A stretch of 64,000 nucleotides of DNA, taken from NCBI GenBank assembly GCA_900617105.1, contig UYFQ01000001.1, forward strand, positions 62,001-126,000. The letters are read 5' to 3'. The stretch is from Hydrurus foetidus (taxonomy: Eukaryota). The notes beneath the pieces were generated by a model. The model saw only the letters and a program-made list of their open reading frames with translations, had not been told where the DNA came from and searched no databases. The first letter of the stretch is position 1. Every line of letters begins with the position of its first letter. This document shows positions 40,693 through 51,252 of this stretch, piece by piece. The translations under genes and the position numbers were made by a program.

Positions 40693-41565
40693 CTAAAGTC
40701 CCACCGCGTTCAACATCGCTTGTGGGCCAAACACCATAGCGGTGAAGCCTGCACCCGCTAAAAAGGGGCCGAAAGGGATGTAGCCGCCTTCGCGTAAGTT
40801 GCTGTTCAATTTCATCGCGATGCCAGCGACAGCACCGATGACCGAGGCCATCAAAATCACCGGCACCAAGGCTTGCCAACCAAACCATGCGCCCAAGGCT
40901 GCAAACAATTTGAAATCACCAAAGCCCATGCCTTCTTTGCCTGTAGCGAGCTTGAAAGCCCAGTACACCAGCCACAGCGACATATAGCCCCCTATCGCAC
41001 CCCAAAGGCTGTCGGATGGGCTGACGCTGATCCATTGCAGGTTGCTGGCGATCAAGCCTGCCCACAGCAGCGGCAGTGTCAGGTTGTCAGGCAGCAGCGT
41101 GGTGTCCCAGTCGATCAGCGCCATGGCGAGCAAGGCTGCGCCAAAGCCAAACCACACCACGGCGCTGGCACCCTGACCCCAACGTACGGCGCAGTAGGCG
41201 GCGATGACCCCGGTGGTCAACTCCACCAGCGGGTAACGCACACCAATCGGGTTGCTGCAAGCGGTGCATTTGCCGCGCAAAAAAGCGTAGCTGATCAGGG
41301 GGATGTTTTCATACCAGCGGATGGCGTGCCCGCAATGGCTGCAACGCGAGCGTGGCACCATCAGGTTGAAGGTCTCGGGGGGGGCTGTTTCAGGGAGTTT
41401 GCCCGTGCTGGCATTGACCATCTCAGCGCATTCTTGTGCCCATTGCTGCTCCATGATTTTGGGCAATCGGTAAATCACCACATTCAAAAAGCTGCCCACC
41501 AGCAGGCCAAACACCGTGGCGAGCACCACAAACCCAATATCTATATCCACCAAACCCATCATCAA
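40693..41565 (-). CDS. pilD: Prepilin peptidase/N-methyltransferase
   Basis: GSFLNVVIYRLP, two CxxC, GMGFGDFK, IPFGPFL. Confidence 0.95.
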   Translation of the reverse strand: MMMGLVDIDIGFVVLATVFGLLVGSFLNVVIYRLPKIMEQQWAQECAEMVNASTGKLPETAPPETFNLMVPRSRCSHCGHAIRWYENIPLISYAFLRGKCTACSNPIGVRYPLVELTTGVIAAYCAVRWGQGASAVVWFGFGAALLAMALIDWDTTLLPDNLTLPLLWAGLIASNLQWISVSPSDSLWGAIGGYMSLWLVYWAFKLATGKEGMGFGDFKLFAALGAWFGWQALVPVILMASVIGAVAGIAMKLNSNLREGGYIPFGPFLAGAGFTAMVFGPQAMLNAVGL

Positions 41566-42818
41566 ACCACCTGACCCAATTTAAAGATGGGCAGGTACAT
41601 TGACACCACAATGCCACCGATGAGGGTGCCCAAAAACACGATGATAATGGGCTCCATCAGGCTGGACAGACCCGCTACCATGTCGTCAACCTCGGCTTCG
41701 TAAAAATCAGCCGCTTTGCCCAGCATGTGATCAATTGAGCCGGACTCTTCGCCAATCGAACACATTTGCAGCACCATAGACGGGAAAATGTTGGCGTTGC
41801 CCATGGCTGTGGTCAAGCTGGTGCCGGTCGACACTTCTTGCTGGATTTTCCGGGTGGCCGATTCGTACACCGAGTTTCCGGATGCCCCACCCACGGAATC
41901 CAGCGCTTCCACCAAGGGCACACCCGCTGCGAACATGGTGGACAGGGTGCGCGTCCAGCGTGCGATGCATGATTTTTCAATCAGCACACCAAACACAGGC
42001 ATCTTGAGCAACAGCCTGTCCATCACCGCTTGCATTTTTTCATTGCGTTGCCAGGCTTGCATGAAGAAGTAAATCCCACCGCCAATGCCACCAAAAATCA
42101 GCCACCAGTAGGCGACAAACACCTCAGAAATCGCTATCACAAACAGTGTGGGTGCGGGTAAATCTGCGCCAAACGATGAAAACACCTGTTTGAACGCCGG
42201 AATTACAAAAATCATGATGACGGCCACCACCACAAATGCCACCACCACCACCGAGATGGGGTACATCAGCGCGGATTTGATTTTGGATTTGATGGCCTCG
42301 GTCTTCTCCATGTAGATGGCCAGACGGTCGAGTAACGCCTCCAAAATACCCGCAGCTTCACCAGCTTCCACCAGATTGCAGTACAGGTTGTCAAACTGAA
42401 TGGGGTGTTTACGAAACGCCGTGCTGAGCGAGGTACCTGTTTCCACATCGTTGCGTATGTCGTTCAGCAGCCGGGTTACGCTGGGGTTGGTGTTGCCGCG
42501 CCCCACAATGTCAAAGGCTTGCAACAGCGGTACACCGGCCTTCATCATGGTGGCCAGCTGACGGGTAAAGATGGCGATGTCTTTGGGCTTGATGCGCTTG
42601 CCTCCACTCATCCGGCGCTTTTTGATCTTGGTGGACAAGACACCCTGGCGGCGTAGAGACGCTTGCACCTGGTTTTCGCCTGCAGCACGCACTTCACCAC
42701 GCACCTGTTTTCCGTTGCGGTCTTTGCCTTCCCACTCAAAAACAAATTCTTTGATGTCGCGGGATACCGCTGATTGGGTGGGGGTTGCGCTTTTGCTTTT
42801 AGCAGGTTGGGTAGCCAT
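41562..42818 (-). CDS. pilC: Type IV pilus inner-membrane platform protein
   Basis: FTRQLATMMKAGVPL, GEAAG, YLPIFKLG. Confidence 0.95.
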   Translation of the reverse strand: MATQPAKSKSATPTQSAVSRDIKEFVFEWEGKDRNGKQVRGEVRAAGENQVQASLRRQGVLSTKIKKRRMSGGKRIKPKDIAIFTRQLATMMKAGVPLLQAFDIVGRGNTNPSVTRLLNDIRNDVETGTSLSTAFRKHPIQFDNLYCNLVEAGEAAGILEALLDRLAIYMEKTEAIKSKIKSALMYPISVVVVAFVVVAVIMIFVIPAFKQVFSSFGADLPAPTLFVIAISEVFVAYWWLIFGGIGGGIYFFMQAWQRNEKMQAVMDRLLLKMPVFGVLIEKSCIARWTRTLSTMFAAGVPLVEALDSVGGASGNSVYESATRKIQQEVSTGTSLTTAMGNANIFPSMVLQMCSIGEESGSIDHMLGKAADFYEAEVDDMVAGLSSLMEPIIIVFLGTLIGGIVVSMYLPIFKLGQVV

Positions 42819-42833
42819 GGTGTTCAGCAATCC

Positions 42834-44568
42834 TTATTCATTGGTACAGCCCAGCACTTCTTCCAGCGAGGTGACACCTAGCTTGACTTTGTGCAGGCCC
42901 GACTCGCGCAGACTGCGCACGCCCTCCGCGCGTGCTTGTGTCGCAATTTCCAAAGAGCTGCCATCGCGCAAAATGATGCGCTGGATCTCTTCGGTGATGG
43001 GCATCACTTGGTAAATACCCACACGGCCTTTGTAGCCGTTATTGCACGCACTGCAACCCACAGGCCGGTAAGGCACCCAAGAGCCGTCGATAGCTGCTTC
43101 GGTGTACCCGGCTTCACGCAACGCAGATGGTGGGATATCGGCGGGCATTTTGCAGGTGGGGCACAGGCGGCGTGCTAAGCGCTGAGCGGTGATCAAAATC
43201 ACGCTGGACGCGATGTTGAACGGTGCAATGCCCATGTTGCGCATCCGCGTCAGCGTGGTGGGGGCATCGTTGGTGTGCAGCGTGGACAGCACCAAGTGGC
43301 CGGTTTGTGCCGCCTTGATGGAGATGTCCGCCGTTTCCATGTCGCGGATTTCACCCACCATGATGATGTCGGGGTCTTGGCGCAAGAACGATTTGAGCGC
43401 AGCTGCAAAAGTCAGTCCCGCTTTTTCGTTCACATTGACCTGATTCACGCCAGGTAGGTTGATTTCTGACGGGTCTTCGGCGGTCGATATATTGACACCG
43501 GGCACGTTCAGCATATTCAAGCAGGTGTACAGCGACACAGTTTTGCCAGAACCCGTGGGCCCTGTCACCAGTACCATACCGTAAGGGCGCTTCACGGCGG
43601 CCAGAAGACGCGCTTTTTCTTCAGGTTCGTAACCCAGCGCCTCGATACCCAGCTTGGCCGTGCTCGGATCCAAAATACGGATCACGATTTTTTCGCCAAA
43701 CAGCGTGGGCAGGGTGCTGACCCGAAAGTCGATGACCCGATCCGGGCCAATTTTGAGCTTCATCCTGCCATCTTGCGGCACCCGCTTTTCAGAGATGTCC
43801 ATGCGCGAGATGACCTTGATGCGCGAGGCCAGTTTGTCTTTGATCGACACCGGCGGCGATGCGATTTCGCGCAGCTCGCCGTCAATGCGAAAGCGCACCC
43901 GGTAGGTGTGCTCATACGGTTCAAAGTGCAAATCGGAGGCCCGCATGCTGAAGGCATCCATCAGCATTTTGTGCAAAAACGACGACAGGCGCGTCTTCCA
44001 CTTCTGGCGTTGCTGGTGTCTTTGATCTCCAGAGTGGCGTTGACGATTCTTCATCAAACTCAAAATCGTCGCCAACAATGCCCTCCAACGCTTGGGTGCT
44101 GGAGGTAGCGCTGATGCCCAGCATCGCCGACAGTTTGTCGTGCTCCACGATGACCCAATCCACGCCCAAGCGGGTAGCAAATTTAATTTTTTCAGCGGCT
44201 TCTGGGTCTGATGGATCTGATGTTGCCACGATCAAGCGGCCCGTGCGGCGGCTCAGTACAACCAGCTTGTAGTCTTGGCAAATTTTGGCATCCACCACGT
44301 CTCTGGGTAGGCGGTGGGGGTTGACTGCATCCAAGTCCAACAGCGGGACTGAGAACGCTTTTGAGAGTGTCAGGGCCAAATCGTAGGCTGATACAACACC
44401 CGCATTGGTCAGCTCTTGCATGAAGCTGGAGCGGTTAACTTTTGATTTGTGGTAGATGTCCTCAGCGGCTGTTTGCGACAATTTGCCCGCGGAAATCAAT
44501 GCCCGAGCCATGCCGGGCAGGGCTGGGCTTGATGTTTCGTTTGTTACAAGGGGTTCTGTCGTTGCCAT
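42834..44568 (-). pseudogene. pilB: Type IV-A pilus assembly ATPase, split by a frameshift near 43980 (real or sequencing error)
   Basis: N-terminal half (44568 to ~43980) ends EDAPVV; the rest (FLHKML...GPTGSGKT...RQDPD) continues in another frame. Confidence 0.85.
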
Positions 44569-44582
44569 AGGCTTTGAATGTA

Positions 44583-45833
44583 CTACGGCTTGAATGGTCT
44601 GACAGGTGCATCAACATGCTGGCGCCAGTGTTTCCAGCGCCATAAATGCCAGACCCAAGCTCCTTGTATGCTCAGGCAGCCCCAAGGTGTGCGCCATGTC
44701 GCGATGGCTCGCTGGTAGCCGCAGAGCAACAGCGTTAAACCCTGGCTGGTCTTCAGCCAGGGCTTGAACGGTGTACCGTCCAGCGCTGCACGCAGGTTGA
44801 ACGCCAGCAGGGGCGATAAGAGCGGGCCTGACCTGACGTAGGCGTTGCCAGCGGACGCTGTGCGCAGGTCATCATTTTCTGAGGGTACGGCAAAAACACC
44901 TGCTTGCTGGGTGCTTTGAAAATTAAAATTGATAGCGGGGTAGCCATATTTATCAAGCGGTAAGCCGCTTTTTTCCCAAAACAAGGGAGGCGCGGCGTCC
45001 AGCGCCAACACCGGCGCATCACAGACCAAACGCGCCCCGCTGGCCAGCGTCAATTCAGTGGCGCTGATGCCGATGCAGCGTTCGCGCAGCACGGTGATAT
45101 GGGATCGTTTTAACGCTGCCATCAAATGCCCTTGAATTGCTGGTGGACACAGCGCCGCAGGCTCACCACCCCCCGTGACCAAGGTCACGCGGCTGGGTTG
45201 GTTGGCCGGGTCGTTGGCCAAGCTGTACGCCAAGGCCAATGCCAAGGCCACCGCTGGCAAGGTGTGGGTTGCGTCTTCTTCGGCATCGGTGACATCGGTG
45301 ACATCGGTGACATTGTTCACACCCTCGCCGGTACTTTGGTGCAGGTGTCCCGCCACCACGGCCACATTCAACGCCTTGGTTTTGGCCAAAGCGGACAACT
45401 GAGGCCACAGCTTGCAAAACATCTCTAGCGGATACAGGCTCAAGGCGTGCTGTGTGGCACCGGGCCATTGGGTATCCAGCAGCGTGCGTGGGGTGCTGGG
45501 GGCTGTGTCTACGCTGAGCACGCCATAGCTTAAGGTTTCACCGTTTGAGAGCGTCAGTGTTTGGGTGCTGGCTTCTAAGGTCTCAACGGTAGCTTCAATG
45601 AACATCGCACCGCAATTTTGTAGCAGGCGCTCCAGTGGCACCGTGCAGGCCTCTGCGGTACACGCCCCGGTCACAAAATCGGGCACTCGGTCAAAGTACA
45701 TCGGGCGGATTGTGCTGCCAATCACCGTGATTTTGAGGCCCGCAGAGCGTCGCTCGGCAAAGCTTTTCAGCACTTGCAGGTGGGCCAACCCCGTGCCCAC
45801 CAAAACCAAATGCTGTAAGCCTTGTGCTGCCAT
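44583..45833 (-). CDS. FAD-dependent pyridine nucleotide-disulfide oxidoreductase-like protein (similar to the SelD N-terminal domain), degenerate motifs
   Basis: LVLVGTGLAHLQVL, LSYGVLSVDT, FQST...VFA; second Rossmann GxG motif is not intact. Confidence 0.65.
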   Translation of the reverse strand: MAAQGLQHLVLVGTGLAHLQVLKSFAERRSAGLKITVIGSTIRPMYFDRVPDFVTGACTAEACTVPLERLLQNCGAMFIEATVETLEASTQTLTLSNGETLSYGVLSVDTAPSTPRTLLDTQWPGATQHALSLYPLEMFCKLWPQLSALAKTKALNVAVVAGHLHQSTGEGVNNVTDVTDVTDAEEDATHTLPAVALALALAYSLANDPANQPSRVTLVTGGGEPAALCPPAIQGHLMAALKRSHITVLRERCIGISATELTLASGARLVCDAPVLALDAAPPLFWEKSGLPLDKYGYPAINFNFQSTQQAGVFAVPSENDDLRTASAGNAYVRSGPLLSPLLAFNLRAALDGTPFKPWLKTSQGLTLLLCGYQRAIATWRTPWGCLSIQGAWVWHLWRWKHWRQHVDAPVRPFKP

Positions 45834-45864
45834 TGACCAGAGATTGACGAGGGGCTAATGCTGG

Positions 45865-46980
45865 CTAAGACAGCAAAGCATGGGCGAATTCACGGGCTTT
45901 GAAGGTTTCCAAATCCTCCAGCTTTTCACCCACGCCGATAAAGTAGACCGGCACGCCCGCACGCGGCGGCACGGTTTGTGCTCTGTCGCGTGACCACAGC
46001 GCAATTGCCGCCAGCACGCCACCCTTGGCTGTGCCATCGAGCTTGGTGACGATCAAGCCCGTAAGGCCGATTGCTTCATCAAAGGTTTTGACTTGCGCCA
46101 AGGCGTTTTGCCCCGTGTTGCCGTCAATCACCAGCAAAATTTCGTGCGGTGCTGTTGTCTCGGCCTTGCTGACCACGCGCTTGATCTTTTTCAGCTCTTC
46201 CATCAAATGGAGTTGCGTGGGCAGGCGGCCTGCGGTGTCCACCAGCACCACGTCTTTGCCCCGTGCTTTGCCCGCGCTCACCGCGTCAAAGCCCACCGCT
46301 GCCGGGTCGCCGCCTTCTTGGCTGATGATGTCCACGGTGTTACGGTCAGCCCAAACCAGCAGTTGCTCTTTGGCCGCAGCCCGGAAGGTGTCGGCAGCCG
46401 CTAGCAAAACCGTAGCCCCCGACGCTGACAGGTGGCGCGTTAGCTTGCCGATGGATGTGGTTTTACCCGCCCCGTTCACGCCTGCCACCATGATGACGGT
46501 GGGTTTGTGCTGACCGATGCTCAGAGGCAGCTCCAACGGCAGCAGCAGCTGGGTAATGGACTCCACCAGCAGCGCCTTCACCGCAGCGGGCGCGGTGGTT
46601 TTGGTCTCTTTCACGCGCCGTTTCAGGTCTTGCAGCAAGTAGGCGGTGGCCTGTACGCCGGTATCGGCCATCAGCAGGGCAGATTCCAAGTCTTCGTACA
46701 GGTCGTCGTCGATTTGGGTACCGGTGAAGACCGTGGCGATGCTGTGGCCCGTCTTGCGCAAGCCCAGTTTGAGCTTGTCCAGCCAGCCTTTGCGTTCTTC
46801 GACCACCGTGGGTGGTGGCGCGGGTACAGGCGCAGACACGATGGCGGTGGACAAGGGAGGTGCATGTGCCTCGGTGGCAGGCAGCAGGGCAGAGGGCGCA
46901 GACAGATCAAGCGCAGCGTCTGGTGCAAGATCAGGCGCGGTAGGGGGTGTTGGGGGTTTCTTTTTGAAAAAGCTGAACAT
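45865..46980 (-). CDS. ftsY: SRP receptor
   Basis: GVNGAGKTT, DTFRAAA, DTAGRL, TKLDGTAKGG. Confidence 0.96.
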   Translation of the reverse strand: MFSFFKKKPPTPPTAPDLAPDAALDLSAPSALLPATEAHAPPLSTAIVSAPVPAPPPTVVEERKGWLDKLKLGLRKTGHSIATVFTGTQIDDDLYEDLESALLMADTGVQATAYLLQDLKRRVKETKTTAPAAVKALLVESITQLLLPLELPLSIGQHKPTVIMVAGVNGAGKTTSIGKLTRHLSASGATVLLAAADTFRAAAKEQLLVWADRNTVDIISQEGGDPAAVGFDAVSAGKARGKDVVLVDTAGRLPTQLHLMEELKKIKRVVSKAETTAPHEILLVIDGNTGQNALAQVKTFDEAIGLTGLIVTKLDGTAKGGVLAAIALWSRDRAQTVPPRAGVPVYFIGVGEKLEDLETFKAREFAHALLS

Positions 46981-47008
46981 GGTGACGTTCTTAGAATCAC
47001 AGCATTCT

Positions 47009-48496
47009 ATGAAACACACCACATCACTGCGCTGGCCGATGGCCCCCTTCCTTTCCTTTTCACTTTCACTGGGGTTGGTGGGCATGGCTTTCGCCCAGGT
47101 TGCCCCCCCCAACACAGGCATCGCACCACCCCGCCATTTGCAAATGCAGCCAGCCGATCCGGCACCTCAAGTCGAGCAGTTCACGCTGACCAATGGCCTG
47201 ACCGTCATCGTCAAACCCGACCGCCGCGCCCCGACAGCCATCAACATGCTGTGGGTGCGCGTGGGTGCGATGGACGAGGTGGACGGCACCACCGGCGTGG
47301 CCCACGTGCTCGAACACATGATGTTCAAGGGCACGGCCACCCTCAAACCCGGTGAGTTCTCTCGCCGTGTCGCTGCTCTGGGTGGCCGTGAAAACGCCTT
47401 CACCAACCGCGACTACACCGGCTACTACCAGCAAATCCCGTCGAACAAGTTGGAAGACGTGATGAAGTTGGAAGCTGACCGCTTCGCCAACAACCAATGG
47501 GCGGACGATGAATTCAAAAAAGAAATTGAAGTCGTCAAAGAAGAGCGCCGTATGCGCACCGAAGATTCACCCCGGTCGCTGCTGTACGAGGCGCTGTACG
47601 CCAATGCCTTCATGGCCTCGCCTTACCGCCGCCCCGTGGTGGGCTGGATGAGCGATCTGGACGCCATGACCCCGCAAGATGCCCGTGAGTTCTTCCAGCG
47701 CTGGTACACCCCCGGCAACGCCGCCGTGGTGGTGGCGGGTGACGTGGACGTGGCACAGGTCAAGCAGTGGGCTGAAAAATACTACGGCGCTATTCCCCCC
47801 CGTGCCTTGCCCCAGCGCAAGCCCCAGGTTGAGCCCGTGCAGGTGGGCCTGCGCCGCATGGCGTTCAAAGCCCCGGCTGAGCAAGCCTATGTGGCGCTGG
47901 CCTTCAAGGTGCCCGGTCTCACCCGCTTAGGCACTTCAAGTGCTTCTGCGAACGCGCCTGATGCGTCTGACGATGCCCTGGCCCTCACCGTGCTGGCTGC
48001 TGTGCTGGACGGTTACGCCGGTGCCCGCCTAGAGCGCACCCTGACCCAAGGCTCCAACCGGGTGGCTGACAGCGCCGGTGCCCGCAACGGCTTGCTGGGC
48101 CGTGGCCCGCAGGTGTTCATGCTCGATGGCATTCCAGCCATTGGCAAAACCGCGCAAGACGTGGAAGTTGCCTTGCGCGCCCAAATCACCCGCGTGGCGA
48201 ATGAGGGGGTCAGCGAGGCTGAGTTGCAACGGGTCAAAACCCAATGGGTGGCCAGCGAGGTCTACAAACTCGATGCGGTAATGGGGCAAGCCCAAGAGCT
48301 GGGCAGCTACTGGATTCAAGGTTTGCCCGTGGACACCGGCTCGCGCCTCATCCAGCGCCTGCGAGGCATCACCGCCGCCCAAGTGCAAGCCGTGGCCGCC
48401 AAGTACTTTGGCGATGACCAACTGACCGTCGCCGTGCTGTTGCCGCAGCCGCTGACCAAGAAACTCGCCAGCCCCAGCCCTGCGCTGCGCCATTGA
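47009..48496 (+). CDS. M16 (pitrilysin) zinc peptidase, active subunit
   Basis: HVLEH (HxxEH), ENAFT, EERRMR. Confidence 0.92.
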   Translation: MKHTTSLRWPMAPFLSFSLSLGLVGMAFAQVAPPNTGIAPPRHLQMQPADPAPQVEQFTLTNGLTVIVKPDRRAPTAINMLWVRVGAMDEVDGTTGVAHVLEHMMFKGTATLKPGEFSRRVAALGGRENAFTNRDYTGYYQQIPSNKLEDVMKLEADRFANNQWADDEFKKEIEVVKEERRMRTEDSPRSLLYEALYANAFMASPYRRPVVGWMSDLDAMTPQDAREFFQRWYTPGNAAVVVAGDVDVAQVKQWAEKYYGAIPPRALPQRKPQVEPVQVGLRRMAFKAPAEQAYVALAFKVPGLTRLGTSSASANAPDASDDALALTVLAAVLDGYAGARLERTLTQGSNRVADSAGARNGLLGRGPQVFMLDGIPAIGKTAQDVEVALRAQITRVANEGVSEAELQRVKTQWVASEVYKLDAVMGQAQELGSYWIQGLPVDTGSRLIQRLRGITAAQVQAVAAKYFGDDQLTVAVLLPQPLTKKLASPSPALRH

Positions 48497-48519
48497 TTGC
48501 CACAGGACTGTTTAACACC

Positions 48520-49932
48520 ATGATGACTGTAAAAAATACTTCCAAAGCTATAAAAACTATAGCTGCTTACGCTCGTATTTATGGCGTAAAAGGTCTTTTG
48601 GTCTTGGTTTTTCCGCTCCATGCACTCGCCGCCATCCCCGTCCAGCAATGGACACTGCCCAACGGCGCACAGGTCTTCCTCGTGCAAAGCGATGGCATCC
48701 CAATGGTGGACGTGCAAATCGACTTTGATGCCGGCAGTCGGCGCGACCCCGCTGCCAAAGCTGGTCTCGCCAGCGTCACCGCCGGCATGACGAGCAAAGG
48801 CGTGCTGGCCCAGCATGGCGATGCGGCCAAGGGCGAAAAGCCTGCCTCCGCGCTGGACGAAAATGCGCTGAGCGAAGCTTGGGCTGACCTCGGTGCGTCG
48901 TTCACCGCCAACGCGGGCACAGACCGCATGAGCTTCAGCCTGCGAACGCTGACCTACCCCGATTTGCTGCCCCGAGCTACCGAACTGGCCGCTCGTCAAC
49001 TGGGCTCGCCCGCTTTCCCTGATGTGGAGTGGACGCGCGAACGCCAGCGCATGAGCGCAGCCTTGCAAGAGGCCAACCGCCGCCCCGCCACGGTAGCCAA
49101 CCGTGCGTTTGCCAAGGCGGTCTACGGCACCCATCCTTACGGCCAGGAGATGACCGAAGCCACGTTGAACAAGATCACCGTGGCCGACATGCAGGCGCTG
49201 TACCGCCAAGCCATCGCACCTTGCCGAGCCACCCTCAGCATGGTGGGGGCGGTGAACCGCGAGCAAGCGCAAACGCTGGCCATGGGCTTGCTGGCCCACT
49301 TGCCCGCCACGGCGAACTGCGCCGCGCTGCCGCCAATGCCAGCGGTGCCTGAAGTACAAGCCTTGTCCGCTGCAAGCGAATCCCGCATCCCGTTCGAGTC
49401 CGCTCAAGCCCATGTGTTCATCGGCCAACCCGGCTACAAGCGCGATGACCCGGATTTCTTTGCCCTTACGCTGGGCAACTACATCCTGGGCGGTGGGGGA
49501 TTTGTCTCTCGCTTGACCGGCGAAGTACGTGAAAAGCGCGGCCTAAGTTACAGCGTTTACAGCTACTTTGCACCCGGCCTGCACGCTGGTGCCTTTACCA
49601 TCGGCCTGCAAACCCGGCCTGACCAAGCAGTGCTTGCCGTGCAGGTATCGCGCGAGGTGCTGGCCCGCTTTGTGGCCGATGGCCCTACAGAACAAGAAAT
49701 CCGGGCTGCCAAAGACAACCTGATTGGCGGTTTCGCCTTGCGCATCGACAGCAACCGAAAATTGCTCGATAACGTCGCCAACATCGCCTGGAACCACCTC
49801 CCGTTGACCTACCTGGACACCTGGACGCAAGCCGTTGAAAAACTGACTGCCGCTGACGTGAAAGCAGCGTTCACTCGCAAGCTTCAGCCCGAAAAAATGG
49901 CCACCGTGATCGTCGGCGGCGCACTCAAATAA
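48520..49932 (+). CDS. M16 peptidase partner subunit (no HxxEH)
   Basis: DAGSRRDP, HPYG, VREKRGLSYSV. Confidence 0.88.
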   Translation: MMTVKNTSKAIKTIAAYARIYGVKGLLVLVFPLHALAAIPVQQWTLPNGAQVFLVQSDGIPMVDVQIDFDAGSRRDPAAKAGLASVTAGMTSKGVLAQHGDAAKGEKPASALDENALSEAWADLGASFTANAGTDRMSFSLRTLTYPDLLPRATELAARQLGSPAFPDVEWTRERQRMSAALQEANRRPATVANRAFAKAVYGTHPYGQEMTEATLNKITVADMQALYRQAIAPCRATLSMVGAVNREQAQTLAMGLLAHLPATANCAALPPMPAVPEVQALSAASESRIPFESAQAHVFIGQPGYKRDDPDFFALTLGNYILGGGGFVSRLTGEVREKRGLSYSVYSYFAPGLHAGAFTIGLQTRPDQAVLAVQVSREVLARFVADGPTEQEIRAAKDNLIGGFALRIDSNRKLLDNVANIAWNHLPLTYLDTWTQAVEKLTAADVKAAFTRKLQPEKMATVIVGGALK

Positions 49933-49953
49933 CACGAGAACACTGAAAACACC

Positions 49954-50637
49954 ATGCCTAGAACATCCTCCAAAGCCGCCCCTAAAGCGCCGCCGCCCCG
50001 CAAGCCCGCTAAACCAGCGAAATCCAAGTCTGCTAAATCGTCCGAGTTGACTGCCCCCTTCGCCCGCACCCCGCATTCCGGTGGCAAAGGCGAAATCCGC
50101 ATCATTGGCGGCCAGTGGAAGCGCAGCCTGTTGCCCGTCGCCGATGTGCCCGGCTTGCGCCCCACGCCTGACCGCGTGCGTGAAACCCTGTTCAACTGGC
50201 TGGGCCAAGATTTAACCGGTTGGCGTTGCGCGGACGTGTTCGGTGGCTGCGGCGCACTGGGCTTTGAAGCCGCTTCACGCGGAGCTGCCAGCGTGTTGAT
50301 CGTGGAAAACAACCCCGCGCTGTTGCGCCCCCTGCAAACCACCAAAGAGCGGCTGGACGCCACCGCAGTCAGCATCGAGCGGGGCGACGGCGTGGCCGCG
50401 CTGCGCCGCTGTGCGCCTGCCAGCTTGGATTTGGTGCTGCTAGACCCCCCCTTTGATTCCTCGCTGTACGAGGCCGCCTTGCAAGCCGCTGCCAGCGCCA
50501 CCCAGGCCGCAGGCCACGTTTACCTGGAAGCCCCCATCGCCTGGACGGACGAGCAACTCGCCCCCTTGGGTTTCAAGCTTCACCGCTACCTGAAGGCTGG
50601 TGTCGTGCATTCGCATTTGCTTCATCGCGTGTCTTGA
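49954..50637 (+). CDS. rsmD: 16S rRNA m2G966 methyltransferase
   Basis: LRPTPDRVRETLFNWL, LDPPF. Confidence 0.94.
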   Translation: MPRTSSKAAPKAPPPRKPAKPAKSKSAKSSELTAPFARTPHSGGKGEIRIIGGQWKRSLLPVADVPGLRPTPDRVRETLFNWLGQDLTGWRCADVFGGCGALGFEAASRGAASVLIVENNPALLRPLQTTKERLDATAVSIERGDGVAALRRCAPASLDLVLLDPPFDSSLYEAALQAAASATQAAGHVYLEAPIAWTDEQLAPLGFKLHRYLKAGVVHSHLLHRVS

Positions 50638-50735
50638 GCGCACTGCACGCAAGGTAGGCACGGCATAATCCCGGCCAAATGGCAACCCCGCCACTTACCA
50701 GCCATTCATTCAGCAGGCCCACCAGGAGCATCCCC

Positions 50736-51233
50736 ATGACCACCGACATCATTGCGGTTTACCCCGGCACCTTCGACCCGATGACGTTGGGCCATGAGGA
50801 CGTGGTGCGCCGCGCCGCGCAGTTGTTCAGCAAAGTCATCGTGGCCGTGGCGGCGGGCCACCATAAAAAAGCGCTGTTCTCGTTGGAAGACCGCTTGGAC
50901 ATGGCCCGCGAGTCGGTGAAGCGTTTCCCTAACGTCGAAGTCGAGACTTTTTCCGGCCTGATGCGCGATTTCATGCTTGCCCGCAACGGCAAAGCGATGG
51001 TGCGCGGCCTGCGTGCGGTGACTGATTTTGACTACGAATTCCAGCTCGCAGGCATGAACCGCACGCTGATGCCGGATGTGGAAACCGTATTTTTGACCCC
51101 CAGCGACAAGTACCAGTTCGTCTCCAGCACCTTTGTGCGTGAGATCGCTCAACTTGGGGGTGAAGTGGGCAAGTTTGTGTCACCGTATGTGCTGACGTGC
51201 TTGACGGCGAAGGTGCAAAGCCAGCCAAGCTGA
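50736..51233 (+). CDS. coaD: Phosphopantetheine adenylyltransferase
   Basis: YPGTFDPMTLGH, RGLRAVTDFDYE. Confidence 0.96.
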   Translation: MTTDIIAVYPGTFDPMTLGHEDVVRRAAQLFSKVIVAVAAGHHKKALFSLEDRLDMARESVKRFPNVEVETFSGLMRDFMLARNGKAMVRGLRAVTDFDYEFQLAGMNRTLMPDVETVFLTPSDKYQFVSSTFVREIAQLGGEVGKFVSPYVLTCLTAKVQSQPS

Positions 51234-51252
51234 TGTCTCCGAAGCTGCGGTG

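Noticed and set aside
46646..47121. Apparent head-to-head overlap of ftsY and the M16 peptidase
   Set aside because: Disappears with starts at 46980 (MFSFFKK) and 47009 (MKHT).
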